A stretch of DNA of 64,000 nucleotides from a virus, in IMG/VR virus record IMGVR_UViG_3300028364_001588. One strand, 5' to 3'. Shown here in pieces: positions 1-9,801 of the stretch. The first letter of the stretch is position 1. Every line of letters begins with the position of its first letter. Position numbers and translations under genes: made by a program. The notes under the pieces are model-generated. The model had not been told where the DNA came from. It saw only the letters and a list, made by a program, of their open reading frames with translations, and ran no database searches.

Positions 1-321
1 TTGCTCTCCGCCTGGGGCTTCTGAAGCTAATGGAGCAGCTACAATAGTCTCCATACTTTCAGTTGTGTGAAGCTTATCTAATACTTCGTCATTATTAGGG
101 TTTACAACCTCTTCCATAGTAGACATAACCTTTTCTGCGTCAGCTACCAAAGGCGTGACCGTAATCAAACCTTTCTTCTTGTAGATTTGCATTATTATTG
201 TTTCAAAGTTATCAGCAACAACCTCTTTTCCTGACCCAATTTCAATTCTCCCATCTGCTCCATTTATTCTGGCAAATATGTTAACTGATTGGGGGGACAT
301 ATTTTTAATAGTACATTTCAT
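1..321 (-). CDS. hypothetical protein, 3' end outside the window
   Basis: Manual translation from ATG at 321: MKCTIKNMSPQSVNIFARING..., open to the window edge. Not in the ORF track. Confidence 0.7.
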   Translation of the reverse strand, partial: MKCTIKNMSPQSVNIFARINGADGRIEIGSGKEVVADNFETIIMQIYKKKGLITVTPLVADAEKVMSTMEEVVNPNNDEVLDKLHTTESMETIVAAPLASEAPGGEQ

Positions 322-383
322 GTGTATAGTTTTCCATTTTTAGAAATATAGAAAGATGAGGGGTAAAAATCAAATAAAAGGAC

Positions 384-410
384 AAAAAAAATCCACCATT
401 AAGGTGGATT
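384..410 (-). terminator. intrinsic terminator
   Basis: AATCCACC-N5-GGTGGATT hairpin followed by a T-run on the minus strand, just after the 430..2283 stop. Confidence 0.75.
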
Positions 411-429
411 CTAAATTTATAATTTTAAA

Positions 430-2283
430 TTAAGCTTTGTAATTAGGGTTTCTAATTAGCTTGCCTAACTCTTGATTGTAGTAGTAAGCTGTGTTTGGAA
501 CTACTGACGCTTCTCTAACAATGTTCTCAATAATGATTTCTTTGCTTTCAGAAACTTCTACAGTCTCAATAAGAGCTTTTTTGTAGTTAGGGTTGTTCAC
601 AAGATTTCCAGAGTTCATATCCAAGATAAAAGCTTTGCCTTCATTTAGATATTCATCTTCAAATACTTTAAATTCAGCACCAGAAAGAGAACCAGGCTTG
701 TCAACTACAACAACTGCTTTACCTTCTATTTCATCTCCATGGTCAACACCACTATTTCTTTGCATGAATTCTTTCATGTTTTGTTCTTCACCTTGCTCTC
801 TTGATACTATTTTTGCAGAAGTACCATCTTCTATTTCTCCACCGCAAGACTCTGCAAGCTTAATGGTTGAGTTTTTATCAAAACCAGAAAGTGCCTTCCA
901 TCTGTTAGACTCTTCTTCTTTGGTTTTTTGGTGAGTAATAATATATCTTTTGTTAACCCCTTTGTCTTCATTCTCTGTAAGAGAAGTAAATTTCTTTTTA
1001 GAAGGGTCAAAGCTTTCGCCTAACGCTGCTTTACCTTTCATTCCAGCTCTTCCTTTAGGAGAACCTTTTGAAAGCTTGTCTTCTTCTGCTGAGTTCACCT
1101 CAACTCCGTGAAGTCCAAGTGCGTGGTTTTTATCCATTCCCTTAGGAGCGTATCCATCATCATCTAATTCAACAGTTGTCCATCCGTCAACATTTTCTCT
1201 CTTAAGAGCTCTTTTCTTGTTTCTCTTAGAATAAGGAGTTTCTTCAAATCTTTCTTGTAACTTAGAATGAATGTCATCTTCTTTCAATTTGATTTTCTTT
1301 TTTTCTGAATGACCAGGAGTTACATTATCTTTAGCTTTTAATTTTACTCCTCCTTTGTGTTGCTTTACTTTGCTGCCAGTTTCTGGTAAATCATCAAGCC
1401 CTTCTGACATCTCATCATCAAAGTCTCCTCCTTTACCAAAAGCTCCAGGAGTAAGGTATCCACCAGCTCCAGCGCCACCACCACTTGCAGTAACTTCGTC
1501 AACTGTATCCTCTTCTTCTTCGTCAAACAACAAGTTGTCTTTAGAGTTCGCACTCTTAACTTCTTTACTGTTTGGTTCAACTTCTTTTTTAGCTGATTCC
1601 ATTATCTTACCAAGAGTTTCATTGAAGTCTCCTTTAAGAATGTCTGTTAAACTTAGTTTTTTCATATTGCTTTCTACCATTGAGTTAATACTTTTTTCAG
1701 TTCTATCCTCAATACCTAATTTTGTACTAAAGAAATAAGCAGCTTCTTTATCTGCAAATTTATCAAGAACCTTTTTAAGGTCTTTCTTGAAGTCTGAAAT
1801 ATTATCTACTTTGAATGTTTGTTTGTTGTTTATCATGTAGGCACCATTCTTTTCGTCTTGGTGACCTCTAAACGCTGCTTGCTCTGTTGTTTGGTATGTG
1901 AAGTCCATTGTTTCAGATTCGCAATCAATATCAACGTGAATTTCTGCAACCATTTTCTTACCACCATAACTAAGATTCTTCTCAAAGAATCCGTTTGTAG
2001 CCTTTGGTCCTTTAACTCTGTTAATTGTAACAGTGTCTTGACCTTTCTTAACTCCAGTACCATAAGTAGTGCCGTCTCCGTACACGCCTCTGTTCCAACC
2101 TTGTTCGCCTTTAGCGTCTTTTGGTTCACGAGTTTTTATACCTTCAGATTTGAAGGCTGCTTCAGTAGATTTAATCAACTGTTCTTCAATTGCATCATAC
2201 ACATCAGACTTAAGCTTTTGGTTTTTTGCAAATTCAGAACCTTGTTCATCATTCTTCTCTGGGTTATTTTCTATATTGGCCAT
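430..2283 (-). CDS. large acidic/charged hypothetical protein, possibly head-internal
   Basis: 617-aa ORF with TATTTATT motif upstream, a GGAGAGGYLTPGAFG segment and a duplicated C-terminal NPNYK motif. Confidence 0.75.
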   Translation of the reverse strand: MANIENNPEKNDEQGSEFAKNQKLKSDVYDAIEEQLIKSTEAAFKSEGIKTREPKDAKGEQGWNRGVYGDGTTYGTGVKKGQDTVTINRVKGPKATNGFFEKNLSYGGKKMVAEIHVDIDCESETMDFTYQTTEQAAFRGHQDEKNGAYMINNKQTFKVDNISDFKKDLKKVLDKFADKEAAYFFSTKLGIEDRTEKSINSMVESNMKKLSLTDILKGDFNETLGKIMESAKKEVEPNSKEVKSANSKDNLLFDEEEEDTVDEVTASGGGAGAGGYLTPGAFGKGGDFDDEMSEGLDDLPETGSKVKQHKGGVKLKAKDNVTPGHSEKKKIKLKEDDIHSKLQERFEETPYSKRNKKRALKRENVDGWTTVELDDDGYAPKGMDKNHALGLHGVEVNSAEEDKLSKGSPKGRAGMKGKAALGESFDPSKKKFTSLTENEDKGVNKRYIITHQKTKEEESNRWKALSGFDKNSTIKLAESCGGEIEDGTSAKIVSREQGEEQNMKEFMQRNSGVDHGDEIEGKAVVVVDKPGSLSGAEFKVFEDEYLNEGKAFILDMNSGNLVNNPNYKKALIETVEVSESKEIIIENIVREASVVPNTAYYYNQELGKLIRNPNYKA

Positions 2284-2330
2284 TTAAAAGATGTTTTCTA
2301 ATAAATAGACCAAAAAAACTGATTTACAAC

Positions 2331-2360
2331 AAAAAGACCTACCAAAAAATGATAGGTCTA
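2331..2360 (-). terminator. intrinsic terminator
   Basis: AGACCTA...TAGGTCT stem followed by a T-run on the minus strand. Confidence 0.6.
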
Positions 2361-2445
2361 TAGCATAGTAATAAAGAGGCTTGCGCTGCCCGTAGCAAGA
2401 TATGTGTTAGTACGGCTTAACAATGCCAGTTGCGCATGTTTAATC

Positions 2446-2763
2446 TCACCCTCCAATGTTTTGTTTTATTAACCCTTTAGATTTCCATGCGTTCCAGGTT
2501 TCTTCGTCAACAGTGTGTCTAAACCCAGGGTTATCAAGATACATCATACCTTTATACATGTATCCAATAAACCTTCTTCTGGTTTTTGTAACCACTTTAT
2601 TTTTCATCCTCCCAGTGTAAGCGTCAACGTCATCAAGATTATACTCCTCCTCAGTAGCGTTAAAGGTATGTATTTTATACTTCTTTTCAGCAAACAGCCA
2701 GAATCTATAGTTCCAAGATGCATTAAGTATGTAGAATCTTAGCTTTGATTGTTTCCATTTCAT
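2446..2763 (-). CDS. hypothetical protein
   Basis: 105-aa ORF whose start overlaps the upstream stop (ATGA). Confidence 0.65.
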   Translation of the reverse strand: MKWKQSKLRFYILNASWNYRFWLFAEKKYKIHTFNATEEEYNLDDVDAYTGRMKNKVVTKTRRRFIGYMYKGMMYLDNPGFRHTVDEETWNAWKSKGLIKQNIGG

Positions 2764-2990
2764 CCGAGAGTCATTTTAACAAACACAAAATATATAAGAA
2801 AAACTATCAATGAAGCGATACCGAGAATCATGAAGAAAAATGTAGAGTTAAACCTAAACCTTCTCCATATAGATAATTCATCATATCCATCCTGACCTCT
2901 TGTAGCTTTGTAGTCGCCAAAAACATTCCATCCAACAAATCCTGCTGCAACTGCCATTAAGGCTAATATAACTTTAAGTACTATTATCAT
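2760..2990 (-). CDS. small two-TM membrane protein
   Basis: Two hydrophobic segments; translationally coupled to its neighbours. Confidence 0.65.
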   Translation of the reverse strand: MIIVLKVILALMAVAAGFVGWNVFGDYKATRGQDGYDELSIWRRFRFNSTFFFMILGIASLIVFLIYFVFVKMTLG

Positions 2991-3289
2991 TTTTCTGAAG
3001 GGTTTTGTGATTCAGAGCCCCCATCAGAACCTATACCAAGGTCTTCAGAAGATTCTTTTGTATTTTTTGTCTGCACCATTGATTGGGCTATTTGAATCAT
3101 GAAGTGCTCATTTTCTTGCATCACACCGTTTATCCTGTGCAGTTCAGACATTTCGCTCTTAAGCTTAGAAACAAGGTTAACTTCCTTGTCTCTATTGCTT
3201 AAAAGAGCCATAATGTTATCCATAACAACAGTTCTATCCTCTGATAGAGAAGTCATTACTTTGGATAATATGTCTAATTGGGTTGCCAT
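2987..3289 (-). CDS. hypothetical coiled-coil protein
   Basis: 100-aa ORF within the operon. Confidence 0.65.
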   Translation of the reverse strand: MATQLDILSKVMTSLSEDRTVVMDNIMALLSNRDKEVNLVSKLKSEMSELHRINGVMQENEHFMIQIAQSMVQTKNTKESSEDLGIGSDGGSESQNPSEK

Positions 3290-3750
3290 TAGTTTGATTC
3301 TGCAGATACTCTTGAAATCTCTACGTCAAGGTCTTGGTGATATACATCAACAATTGTAGAAAGCGCAACTCCAGTAGTTTCGAAATCAAACATTGCATCT
3401 TCAAGGTTGTTCTCAAGATTTGTAGTAGCGTCTTGTACAGACGTAGCCTCAATCATGTAGTTCTGCTTTGTCTTGCTTATTTTTCCGTTGTCATCTTCAT
3501 CAGAAATAGTGATTTTTCCTAAATACCAATGTCCTCCTTCGTTATTTCTGATAATTTCAGTAATCTCAGTAACTGACATAGCATGCACAAGGAATTCTCC
3601 AGATGCAGTTTGGCCTATTTCTTTATTTATTCTTGCTTCAGCATCAGTGAAAGATACTGCTGGAAGTAAAAAGGCTTCATTTAATTTCTTAACCTCTTCG
3701 TCTTCTCCGATTTTGTTGTACTTTACCTTTACGGTATACCATCTGTTCAT
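3289..3750 (-). CDS. DUF4494 family protein (Bacteroidota-type)
   Basis: WYTVKVKY...AVSFTDAEARI pattern typical of DUF4494. Confidence 0.8.
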   Translation of the reverse strand: MNRWYTVKVKYNKIGEDEEVKKLNEAFLLPAVSFTDAEARINKEIGQTASGEFLVHAMSVTEITEIIRNNEGGHWYLGKITISDEDDNGKISKTKQNYMIEATSVQDATTNLENNLEDAMFDFETTGVALSTIVDVYHQDLDVEISRVSAESN

Positions 3751-3774
3751 AATGTATTGTTTTAATTATTTGTA

Positions 3775-3805
3775 CAAATGTAAAGATTTCTACAATAAAA
3801 AACAA
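3775..3805 (-). promoter_or_regulatory. Bacteroidota-type housekeeping promoter (-33 TTG / -7 TAnnTTTG)
   Basis: TACATTTG at 3775-3782 (minus strand) with TTG 20 bp upstream. Confidence 0.65.
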
Positions 3806-3808
3806 CAC

Positions 3809-4456
3809 TTATCTATGAATTCTGTGATTGTTGGTGCTCATTGATTTGGTATCGAATATTCCCATACCTTTATTATTACCTGCTCCACCAGCTTGTCTAA
3901 GGTTCTTTTTAGTATTTAGATTACTTTGATTTAGATTGTCAAGCTGCTGGTTAACCCACTCTTTTCCAGAATCTCCACCATGAAGCTCCCAGGCTTGAAT
4001 TGGTCCAGAGTTTTGAATTGTCTTACCCGCAGCTTTGTCGGCATTGTAAGCTTCTTGACCTGTTTCAAAAAAAGATTTCATCTTCTTCATCATGTCGTAA
4101 CCCTGAGTTTGCTTAGAAGCAAGCTCTTTGGCTTTATTAAGACCTGAACCGTGACCAGTTCCAGATTGTGTTTGATTGTTTCCTGAAACAGCATTAAGCG
4201 CTTCTTGAGCTCTTTGTGCTACATTTGGCGGAGGAGTAAATGATTTATTATTATCAAACGTAACCGCTTCAAACAAAACTTTTCTAATTATTTTTCTAAC
4301 TTCATTCATCGCCATGGTTCTTTCCCATATCTCTTGATTGAATTCTGGCTCTTCTGGTCTTTGTTGTCCAAATTGAAGGACGTGAAGTTGGTCCATAGTA
4401 TATCCTACAGCCAAATAATCATCCACTTCGTCTTCGTATACGTATACGTAAGTCAT
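3809..4456 (-). CDS. phage head-associated hypothetical protein
   Basis: FTPPxxVAxxAxxAL...KMKSFF...AWELHGGDSGKEWV conserved phage motif; internal VRKIIRKVLFE motif. Confidence 0.65.
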   Translation of the reverse strand: MTYVYVYEDEVDDYLAVGYTMDQLHVLQFGQQRPEEPEFNQEIWERTMAMNEVRKIIRKVLFEAVTFDNNKSFTPPPNVAQRAQEALNAVSGNNQTQSGTGHGSGLNKAKELASKQTQGYDMMKKMKSFFETGQEAYNADKAAGKTIQNSGPIQAWELHGGDSGKEWVNQQLDNLNQSNLNTKKNLRQAGGAGNNKGMGIFDTKSMSTNNHRIHR

Positions 4457-4938
4457 TATGACATCATTTTAAGAATAGCAGACTTAATGTCTTGAGGAAG
4501 CTTAGATGAAAACCCAAGGTTAGCGAGATTCCAGTTTACTTCATCATAAAAAGCTATATTATTAACAGGAGCACCTGATTCAAGAGTTCTTCTAATGCTA
4601 ATCATAAGACCTTCTCCTTCTCTAAGTGCAATATTGTTTCCTTGAGCACCTTGATATTGAGTAGGGTTTTCATACATGCTATCAACAATAGTGCTAACAC
4701 TCTTTCCTTGATTTACTGCATGCTGACCTCCTGCACTATCGTTTCCGCCCATGAAATTACCTCTCTGACCTTCTCTTAGTCCAGCGTTCTTTTCTCCAGA
4801 AGAAAGCTCTGAAAGCCTTTTGTAATCTTCCTGAAGTTTTTCTGCATTAGTCTCTTCTCTTTCTTCCTTAAAGATTTCTCCTTGAGTTTCGAATGACTGT
4901 GTAAGCTTGCGCATTCTATCTTTTTCGTTTTCTTTCAT
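4456..4938 (-). CDS. hypothetical protein
   Basis: 160-aa ORF within the operon. Confidence 0.7.
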   Translation of the reverse strand: MKENEKDRMRKLTQSFETQGEIFKEEREETNAEKLQEDYKRLSELSSGEKNAGLREGQRGNFMGGNDSAGGQHAVNQGKSVSTIVDSMYENPTQYQGAQGNNIALREGEGLMISIRRTLESGAPVNNIAFYDEVNWNLANLGFSSKLPQDIKSAILKMMS

Positions 4939-4950
4939 TGTAATATATTT

Positions 4951-5409
4951 TTACCAAGTAACTGCTCCTATTCCCATATCTCCAGAATAAAATCTGATAG
5001 ATTTAGGAACCATTGATTTGTAAATTTTTTCGAGGTCAAACTTAGGACTTGCAACCATTGAGTTAGTAGAGTTATTTGGCATATCTCCATCAAGGTCAAT
5101 GTCTCCATTGTCATCTACTATTTCATTCAAACTTTCATCTCCTTCTGTTGATTGAGAAAGAAAGTCTACTATAAAATATTTGAATATGTCTTGGAATTGG
5201 TCTTTGTTCTTTTCGACCCAACCTTTAAAGTCTGAAGTTTTAACAACAAGATTAGCTTTTTTTCCATAGGTAGTAATGAAATCAATCTTAATGTCTTCGC
5301 CATCAAAATTAACATCAATAACTTTATCTATCTCACCTGGAGATAAACTTACTACTTCTTCGCCTTCTTTTAGAAGAACGCTTAAACATATGTCTTTTAG
5401 TTTTTTCAT
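4951..5409 (-). CDS. hypothetical protein (late)
   Basis: 152-aa ORF with TATTTATT at 5423-5430 and N-terminal LKDICLSVLLKE. Confidence 0.7.
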   Translation of the reverse strand: MKKLKDICLSVLLKEGEEVVSLSPGEIDKVIDVNFDGEDIKIDFITTYGKKANLVVKTSDFKGWVEKNKDQFQDIFKYFIVDFLSQSTEGDESLNEIVDDNGDIDLDGDMPNNSTNSMVASPKFDLEKIYKSMVPKSIRFYSGDMGIGAVTW

Positions 5410-5447
5410 CGAGCGCTTTTCTAATAAATAGAAGGAAATTAAAGAAA

Positions 5448-5858
5448 CTACACCTTATTTAGCCACTCGTCTATTAAATTTGATTTTACAGAAAAACACT
5501 GCACTTCTGACTGATTTAATTCAGCACCAGTATAAACATCTACTCTACTTGAAGTTGCTGGAGATGCAAATGATGTAAACGACATTCCACTCTGAATTGT
5601 TCTCATAGAAGTTTCGCCTTGAATACTCAAGGGATAAAGCATGATGTTGTCTTCATATTGAACTACGCTGCTTACAATTTCAGATGGCTCATTGACATAC
5701 TGATTTGTATACTTTCTGTTTAACACATTACCATCAACACTGTAGAAGCATTTTAACTCCCTCTCTTCGTCTTTAAATTCTGCATAACTAACAAGATTGT
5801 TGCACTTGTCATATATTCCTATGCTGCTATAACTTTTCTCCATCTTCCAGTTCTTCAC
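5448..5858 (-). CDS. hypothetical protein
   Basis: 136-aa ORF overlapping the end of the upstream gene. Confidence 0.6.
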   Translation of the reverse strand: MKNWKMEKSYSSIGIYDKCNNLVSYAEFKDEERELKCFYSVDGNVLNRKYTNQYVNEPSEIVSSVVQYEDNIMLYPLSIQGETSMRTIQSGMSFTSFASPATSSRVDVYTGAELNQSEVQCFSVKSNLIDEWLNKV

Positions 5859-7830
5859 TAAGTTTTAAATCTTTAATTGGTCTGAAAGAAACATCTTTAT
5901 CTGTTAGATAGTTCATCATGAGGTTTTTAAACCTGTTGCTCCCCTGTTCGTTAGCAAAACCTTTTACTTGGTCAAACTCAAGACCATCTCTTGAATAGTA
6001 TTTGAATCCGACAGTGAACCTTTCAAGTTCTTTAGCTGGTCTATTAGGGTCTCTATCATAAACTGTAGCCATAAGATAATTACCTTGAGCTACATTGGGA
6101 GCGTATTGAGAAGCGCTGTGTCTCATATCAATACCCTCTTTGATGATTAACCCTGGAGAATCAAGAAGATGCATCTCAAGAGGCCCTTCATAATCCCCTT
6201 CACCTTTAGACTCAAGGAATCTAAATTTAGAAACGAATTCTTTGATTGCTCCAGTTTTCTCTTCCTCACTTTTAACTTTATAGAAAGTCACAAGATTATC
6301 GTGATAATCAACCAAGTCAGAGTAAGTCTTGATTTTGTTGAAGTGCTTCTTTGGGTCGAACTTCATGATTTCCATCATCATTCTTGCATCATCATACTCT
6401 ACAAAAGAAAACTCTCTTACATTTTTGTAATCCTTGTGGAAGAATCTATTCTCAACGAAATCATCAATAATGCAAAGAACCTTGTCAAGCTCCTTTGGGT
6501 CCATTTTATCTCTAAAGTAGAAAACATCAATTGCATGCGTCAATAAATCGAGGTCATGCCTTTGAAGAAGTGAAATAACTCCTTTTTTGTCATAAAACTT
6601 GAAGTATTTAATTATCTGTTTGTATTGAGAGAAGTTTGTAATATGATTGTAAATAAATTTAGAAATAGTACCATCTTCAACAGCATCCATTACTTGATAC
6701 TTGCCATCAACCTTAACAACTTTACCGCTTTTGTAATTTTTATTAAGATTAATTTTATAATTAGCAGACTCATCAGTTTCTTCTATCTTGTAATTAAGCT
6801 TATCTTCTTCTTTGTTTATTGTGTTTTCGTAATCAATTCTTTGTTTTGATTTAAAGGCAAAGTCATGAACTTCTTTGTTGTCTCCATTTACCTCTTCATT
6901 AAGTTTGTTGATGTACTTTGTAACCAAAAAGTTAAATATGTTTACTGGAGATGTTGCGCCAGACTCTATCATTTCTTCAGAAGAAGGTATGTCACACTCA
7001 AGCATAAGGTCATATAAGAACTGAGAACCCTTGGTGAGTGCTACAGTTGAAAGGTTTGAATACTTGATTATTCCAAAAAATATAGAAAGAAGCTTCTTCA
7101 TGTAAGGTATTCCAATCTCCATAGGAGCGCTTCTGATTGATTCTAAGAACTCTGATACTATTTCGCTATTCTTGGTATCAGAAACGAAATTAGCAAGCCT
7201 GTTAACGTACATATGAAGCTTCATAAAGTCAACAACCTTATCTGTTTCTTTTATGAAGAACTTGTCTACATACTTTATCGCTTCATCAAGACCAAACTCA
7301 ACTTCTTGAGTATTTCCAAAATCTTGATATGTTAGCTTTTTACTTTCCTTTTCAAATCTTATGTACTTAATTGATTCATCAAATACTACTTTAAATTCTT
7401 TTTCACCATCAATTTCTCTTGAGGCGATTTCTGGACAAGCTTTTGCGTAATAAAATATTAAATCTGTATCAGTTTCCTTGAAGTCGTATCCAGAGATAAA
7501 ATAAGTACCAATGGGAATAAGTTTTCTTCTAATGTCTGGGTTGCTAAAGTTTTTTTCACAATGAGGACATTGAACCTTTTTGTCTAATGCAAGCTTTATG
7601 TCTTTATACATTTCTCCATAAATATCATCACCCTCTTCTTCCTCTTTTTCTCCGAAAAGATTTAAAGGTTTTTTGGCACTAAGTGCAGTGTCAAGTTCCA
7701 ACACCTCTTCTTCGTTGCTGCTTATAAAACTTTCCCCGCAGCTGCAAAAGTATTTATCCTCTTCTTTGCCTTCTATGACAAAGGAATATTCTGAACTAAT
7801 ATTGTCTAAATTTAGAATTTGATTTTCCAT
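5827..7830 (-). CDS. PcfJ-like domain protein with N-terminal Zn-ribbon
   Basis: C-terminal EGxxMxH(SA)xxY...FTV...QVKGFAN matches the PcfJ pattern; N-terminal CSCG...CPHC. Confidence 0.7.
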   Translation of the reverse strand: MENQILNLDNISSEYSFVIEGKEEDKYFCSCGESFISSNEEEVLELDTALSAKKPLNLFGEKEEEEGDDIYGEMYKDIKLALDKKVQCPHCEKNFSNPDIRRKLIPIGTYFISGYDFKETDTDLIFYYAKACPEIASREIDGEKEFKVVFDESIKYIRFEKESKKLTYQDFGNTQEVEFGLDEAIKYVDKFFIKETDKVVDFMKLHMYVNRLANFVSDTKNSEIVSEFLESIRSAPMEIGIPYMKKLLSIFFGIIKYSNLSTVALTKGSQFLYDLMLECDIPSSEEMIESGATSPVNIFNFLVTKYINKLNEEVNGDNKEVHDFAFKSKQRIDYENTINKEEDKLNYKIEETDESANYKINLNKNYKSGKVVKVDGKYQVMDAVEDGTISKFIYNHITNFSQYKQIIKYFKFYDKKGVISLLQRHDLDLLTHAIDVFYFRDKMDPKELDKVLCIIDDFVENRFFHKDYKNVREFSFVEYDDARMMMEIMKFDPKKHFNKIKTYSDLVDYHDNLVTFYKVKSEEEKTGAIKEFVSKFRFLESKGEGDYEGPLEMHLLDSPGLIIKEGIDMRHSASQYAPNVAQGNYLMATVYDRDPNRPAKELERFTVGFKYYSRDGLEFDQVKGFANEQGSNRFKNLMMNYLTDKDVSFRPIKDLKLSEELEDGEKL

Positions 7831-7868
7831 ATTATAATTTCTTTTGTAGAAATATATTCATTTAATAC

Positions 7869-7897
7869 AAAAAAACCAAGACTTTTGGCCTTGGTTT
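7869..7897 (-). terminator. intrinsic terminator
   Basis: AAACCAAG...CTTGGTTT stem plus T-run downstream of 7926..8624. Confidence 0.7.
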
Positions 7898-7925
7898 AGT
7901 TTTAAATGATATTTTTATGTATTAC

Positions 7926-8624
7926 TTATAGTAATTTAGATACTTTTTTAGCAGCTTCATTAATAAAGCTCATAAGTTCTTTTTTGTTTTTGAACCCTTC
8001 TGGAAGTTCGATTCCTTTGGCAATTCTTCCGTATGAATCTTCTTTTTCAGGAGCCTTTTCTTTAGAGACAGCTTTCTTTTGACCTGTTGTGTGTTTTTCT
8101 CCACCTGTAACATCACCACCTGCTTCAACGTAAGTCTTAGCTCCAACATCATCAATATTTTTGTCTTGAGAGTTCATCTCAACTTTATCCTTTCTGTCCT
8201 CATAAGGAGTAGAAGCTTTAGTTGATTGGTTACCTTTTTTGCTTTCAAAGTTACCATTCTTCATCCCTTCGATGTGTGGGTTATCAGAAGTTCCTTTTTT
8301 AGTAGAGTTTGCAGCGTCAACTTTTACAGCTGCAGCAATTTTTTCATCATGACCTTGGTCGTTGTCATTTTTGTTCATCTTAACATCAGTAGGCAATTCT
8401 TCATTGCTCATGTTAGCTTTTTTCTTTTCAAATTGACCAGCTCCAGTAGATTTAGTGTATGCAGAACCGTCAGAGTTATCCACTCTATCCATTTGGTTCA
8501 TATCCACGTCCATAGTGTCTCCAGCGTCAACAATCTTGTCAGCTTCTTCTTTTAAGATTTTAGAAGCCTCTTCTTTAATAAGTGTTTTAAGGTCTTCAGC
8601 GGAAATAGTTATCTTCTTGTTCAT
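7926..8624 (-). CDS. putative head-internal/scaffold-like hypothetical protein
   Basis: N-terminal DLKTLIKEEA motif, low complexity, TATTTATA at 8640-8647. Confidence 0.65.
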   Translation of the reverse strand: MNKKITISAEDLKTLIKEEASKILKEEADKIVDAGDTMDVDMNQMDRVDNSDGSAYTKSTGAGQFEKKKANMSNEELPTDVKMNKNDNDQGHDEKIAAAVKVDAANSTKKGTSDNPHIEGMKNGNFESKKGNQSTKASTPYEDRKDKVEMNSQDKNIDDVGAKTYVEAGGDVTGGEKHTTGQKKAVSKEKAPEKEDSYGRIAKGIELPEGFKNKKELMSFINEAAKKVSKLL

Positions 8625-8691
8625 GTGATGTAATTTATCTATAAATATTGCAGAAAATAGAAAAATCAGTATATTCTTTAAACTTTTTTCC

Positions 8692-8699
8692 TATATTTG
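8692..8699 (+). promoter_or_regulatory. Bacteroidota-type -7 promoter element
   Basis: TATATTTG upstream of infC. Confidence 0.55.
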
Positions 8700-8746
8700 C
8701 GTATAAGTAAATAGTTATAGAAAACAGTTATACTAAAAATTAAAAA

Positions 8747-9292
8747 TTGAGTAGGAACAATAACAGAGGCAAACGAGAGGTGCCAGGCTCTAAATATATC
8801 ATTAACGATAAAGTAAGAGCAAGAGAGGTGAGAGTTGTAGAAGGCTTAGAAAGTCGTGTATACTCCACAGAAGATGCGCTTAGAGAAGCTGCAGCACTGG
8901 GTTTAGACCTTGTGGTTACAAACATGAACACGAGTCCGCTAATATGCAAAGTAGTTGATTTCAAAAAATTCTTATACGAAGAAAAGAAAAGGAAAAAAGA
9001 ATTAGAATCTAATCAGGTAAAAGTGATTATGAAAGAAGTTCAATTTTCTCCAAATATTGGTGAACATGATTATGAAACCAAAAAAAGAAATGTTGTTAAA
9101 TTCCTTGAGAGAGGAAATAAAGTAAAGTGTACTGTATTCTTTAAGGGTAGAACTATTATGTTTAAAGACAAAGGAGAATTAGTTCTTGCCAAATTAGCTA
9201 CAGAAATAGAAGATACTGGAACCCCAGAGGCAATGCCTAAGTTGATTGGGAAAAGAATGTCTTTTATTATAAAACCTATAAAAAAGAAATAA
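8747..9292 (+). CDS. infC: translation initiation factor IF-3
   Basis: INDKVRAREVRVV, LDLVV...CKVVDFKKFLYEEKK, KEVQFSPNIGEHDYETK, FLERGNKVK and FKGR motifs; non-ATG start. Confidence 0.93.
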   Translation: MSRNNNRGKREVPGSKYIINDKVRAREVRVVEGLESRVYSTEDALREAAALGLDLVVTNMNTSPLICKVVDFKKFLYEEKKRKKELESNQVKVIMKEVQFSPNIGEHDYETKKRNVVKFLERGNKVKCTVFFKGRTIMFKDKGELVLAKLATEIEDTGTPEAMPKLIGKRMSFIIKPIKKK

Positions 9293-9801
9293 TGGAGGAA
9301 GAGGAAGAGAAGTTTATATTACAACCTGTAATATCTCCATCCGAGAAAGCGTTTAGAGAAAAAGTTGGAGCCGAAACATGGGAGACTATACAAAACAAAA
9401 CACTGAGAGATGGTAACTACAAATGTAAAGGATGTGGTTTTGAACCGTATGATGTAGACCCAAATAGTGTAATGTCTGCTCACCTTGTAGAAGAGGATGA
9501 AAAAGATGCGATAAAATCAAAAACCACTATAGCATGTCAGCTTTGTCACATAATTCAACACGCAGACGTTGCAATTGAAAAGGGTTATGTAGAACTTGTC
9601 AATAGCCATTACACCCAAGGAGAGCTTGTAAATATTTGCAGAAATGGCGATGCTCCTTTTCATATAGAAAAAGGGGAAATTAGACACATAAAAAAAGCTC
9701 TTCCAATTTTCTTAGAAGAGCTTAATTCAGGGAGGTCAAAAGAGGGTAAGGTTAAATTCCTACTAACCACTTCTTACCTTAGTTCTATTGGTATATTTTA
9801 G
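9292..9801 (+). CDS. HNH-like Zn-binding protein (DotN/IcmJ-like)
   Basis: RDGNYKCKGCG...H...ACQLCH...TQGELVNIC. Confidence 0.55.
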   Translation: MEEEEEKFILQPVISPSEKAFREKVGAETWETIQNKTLRDGNYKCKGCGFEPYDVDPNSVMSAHLVEEDEKDAIKSKTTIACQLCHIIQHADVAIEKGYVELVNSHYTQGELVNICRNGDAPFHIEKGEIRHIKKALPIFLEELNSGRSKEGKVKFLLTTSYLSSIGIF

